Below are positions 62,366 through 64,000 of a DNA stretch of 64,000 bases, piece by piece. The DNA comes from Dehalococcoidia bacterium (GTDB lineage Bacteria; Chloroflexota; Dehalococcoidia; Lucifugimonadales; JADFKI01). Where the stretch lies: the NCBI GenBank assembly GCA_965214635.1, contig OZ243964.1, forward strand, positions 2,572,764 through 2,636,763, given 5' to 3'. The translations under genes and the position numbers were made by a program. The notes below the pieces were generated by a model, which saw only the letters and a program-made list of their open reading frames with translations, was not told the origin of the DNA and made no database searches. How positions within the stretch are numbered: position 1 is the first letter of the stretch; each line of letters starts with the position of its first letter.

Positions 62366-64000
62366 TTATACCTGACTGATTATAACATCCCTAGACTTTG
62401 AGCCGTCACCTGCGCCCACGATGCCGTTGTCTTCAAGCTCATCCATTAGGCGGGCGGCGCGGGGGTATCCGATGCGCAGGCGGCGCTGAAGCAGCGATGT
62501 GGACAGCTTGTTTTGGGAGTACGCCAGCTCTACCGCCTTGTCGAACAGGGGATCGGTGGAGCTGTTCGTCCCTTCGTCGTCGGCTTCGCCCTCTTCCGGG
62601 ATGGCTTGCAGGTTGACTTCGGGCATCCACCTTCTCGGTGTGGACTGCCAGAACTGAATGAGCCTGTCGATTTCGTCGTCCGATATGAACGCCCCCTGTG
62701 CGCGCAGCGGCCTCGCCGAGTCGCGCGGCAGATAGAGCATGTCGCCCTTGCCCAGCAGCTTCTCAGCGCCGTTGGTGTCCAGAATGGTGCGGGAGTCGGT
62801 GTGCGATGTAACGCCGAAGCTGACGCGGCTGGGGAAGTTCGCCTTGATAAGCCCGGTTACCACATCGACGGAGGGGCGCTGTGTGGCTAGGATTAGGTGG
62901 ATGCCGGTTGCGCGCCCTAGCTGCGCTAGACGGCAGATCGACTGCTCCACATCGAAGGCGGCTGTCATCATCAGGTCTGCCAGTTCGTCCACGACTACTA
63001 TCAGGAAGGGCATCGGTGATTCGGGCGTGCGGGTGTTGTACGCTTCTATGTTGCGCGCGCCAATCTCTTCCATCTGCCGATAGCGGTTCATCATCTCGTT
63101 GATGACGCCTTTCAGCACGCCGACCACCTCATCCACCTCCACGATGACGGGGCAGAGCAGATGCGGTATGCCGTTGTATGGCGTGAGTTCTACGCGCTTG
63201 GGGTCGACGAGTATCATCCGCAGTTCTGCGGGTGAGCGTTCCATCAGCAGCCCGGAGACGATGGCGTTGAGCGCAACGCTCTTGCCCGAGCCGGTGGCGC
63301 CGGCAATGAGCAGGTGCGGCATCTTGGCTAGGTCAAGCGCGATGTTCTCGCCGCCTGTGCCCTTGCCCAGTGCCACGGGCAGGTCTGACTTGCCGAGTAG
63401 GTCCTTGTACTCTGCGCTCTCCATGATGGAGCGGAGCGTTACGGGGGCAGGCTCACGGTTGGGTATCTCGATGCCCACTTGCGCCTTGCCCATCACGGGC
63501 GTTTCCAAGCGCAGGTTGGGCGTGCGGAGCGCAAGGGAGAGGTCTTTTTCGCGGGAGAGGATGGCGTCGACCTTGACGCGGGTGCGCTGTTCCTGCCGCT
63601 GCACGACCTGCTTGCCCTTGTCGTCCAAGATGGGGTTGCCAAGTTCGTCCTCGAGTTTCACCTGCCTGTACTTGCGAATCCAGCCGGGGATGATGCCGTA
63701 CATGGTAACCGTAGGGCCGTACTTGATGCTGCCGATCTCCACTTCGATGTTGTAGTCGGCGAGGGTTTGGCGGATGGTCTCAGCGGTTTCGTGGATCTGG
63801 TCTTTGGGGATGCCACGGTCTTCCACGCCATCTAGCATCTCGATGGGGGGTGTGTCCCACTTTTCGTGCCGCCTGCCCAGCATGGGAATGTTTAGCCCGG
63901 ACAGACGGCTGTCCACCTGCTGCACCGCAGGGGTGTGCGATGGGAGCGTGCTTGCGTTGGTGTCGATTACGCGCAAGTCTTCTTCGTCCAGAGCATCCCC
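62366..64000 (-). CDS. ftsK: DNA translocase FtsK/SpoIIIE, 5' end outside window
   Basis: PHLLIAGATGSGKS, VVDELADLMM, ATQRPSVDV, gamma domain STSLLQRRLRIGYPRAARLMD; frame open to the window edge. Confidence 0.95.
   Translation of the reverse strand, partial: GDALDEEDLRVIDTNASTLPSHTPAVQQVDSRLSGLNIPMLGRRHEKWDTPPIEMLDGVEDRGIPKDQIHETAETIRQTLADYNIEVEIGSIKYGPTVTMYGIIPGWIRKYRQVKLEDELGNPILDDKGKQVVQRQEQRTRVKVDAILSREKDLSLALRTPNLRLETPVMGKAQVGIEIPNREPAPVTLRSIMESAEYKDLLGKSDLPVALGKGTGGENIALDLAKMPHLLIAGATGSGKSVALNAIVSGLLMERSPAELRMILVDPKRVELTPYNGIPHLLCPVIVEVDEVVGVLKGVINEMMNRYRQMEEIGARNIEAYNTRTPESPMPFLIVVVDELADLMMTAAFDVEQSICRLAQLGRATGIHLILATQRPSVDVVTGLIKANFPSRVSFGVTSHTDSRTILDTNGAEKLLGKGDMLYLPRDSARPLRAQGAFISDDEIDRLIQFWQSTPRRWMPEVNLQAIPEEGEADDEGTNSSTDPLFDKAVELAYSQNKLSTSLLQRRLRIGYPRAARLMDELEDNGIVGAGDGSKSRDVIISQV

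Overview
A 64 kb, GC-rich stretch of core bacterial chromosome. Gene content suggests Chloroflexota, probably Dehalococcoidia/SAR202-like (inference only). I found no CRISPR array, integrase, transposase or prophage. Contents: moeA, tmk, folE, thrC, hpf, glyA, rnc, a nitrogen-assimilation island (GlnR-like regulator, amt, type II GS, type I GS, gltB, gltD), hpt, trpB, larB, coxS-coxM-coxG without coxL, tRNA-Pro(CGG), a Leu T-box-led ilvB-ilvN-ilvC...leuA-leuC-leuD run, a NaChBac-type channel, an accD-accA fusion and a partial ftsK. The main signals are invisible in the ORF track. (1) Two genes read through an in-frame TGA, each followed by a SECIS-like hairpin: an Rv2466c/mycoredoxin-2-like DsbA-fold protein with a D-Y-A-U-P-W-V site and no cysteine, and a UGSC-family selenoprotein. 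(2) A mycothiol-like gene set (mshA, PIG-L deacetylase, MshD-like tandem GNAT, DUF3090, SCO1664) has no mshC in the window, but a Fem/CelD-fold GNAT lies directly upstream of mshA. Together with (1) this suggests a non-actinobacterial low-molecular-weight thiol pathway with a selenium-containing redoxin. (3) An actinobacterial-style GlnR regulon shows three 11-bp-phased operator arrays and an unannotated 30-aa membrane protein. All family assignments come from motif recognition by eye, not database searches.
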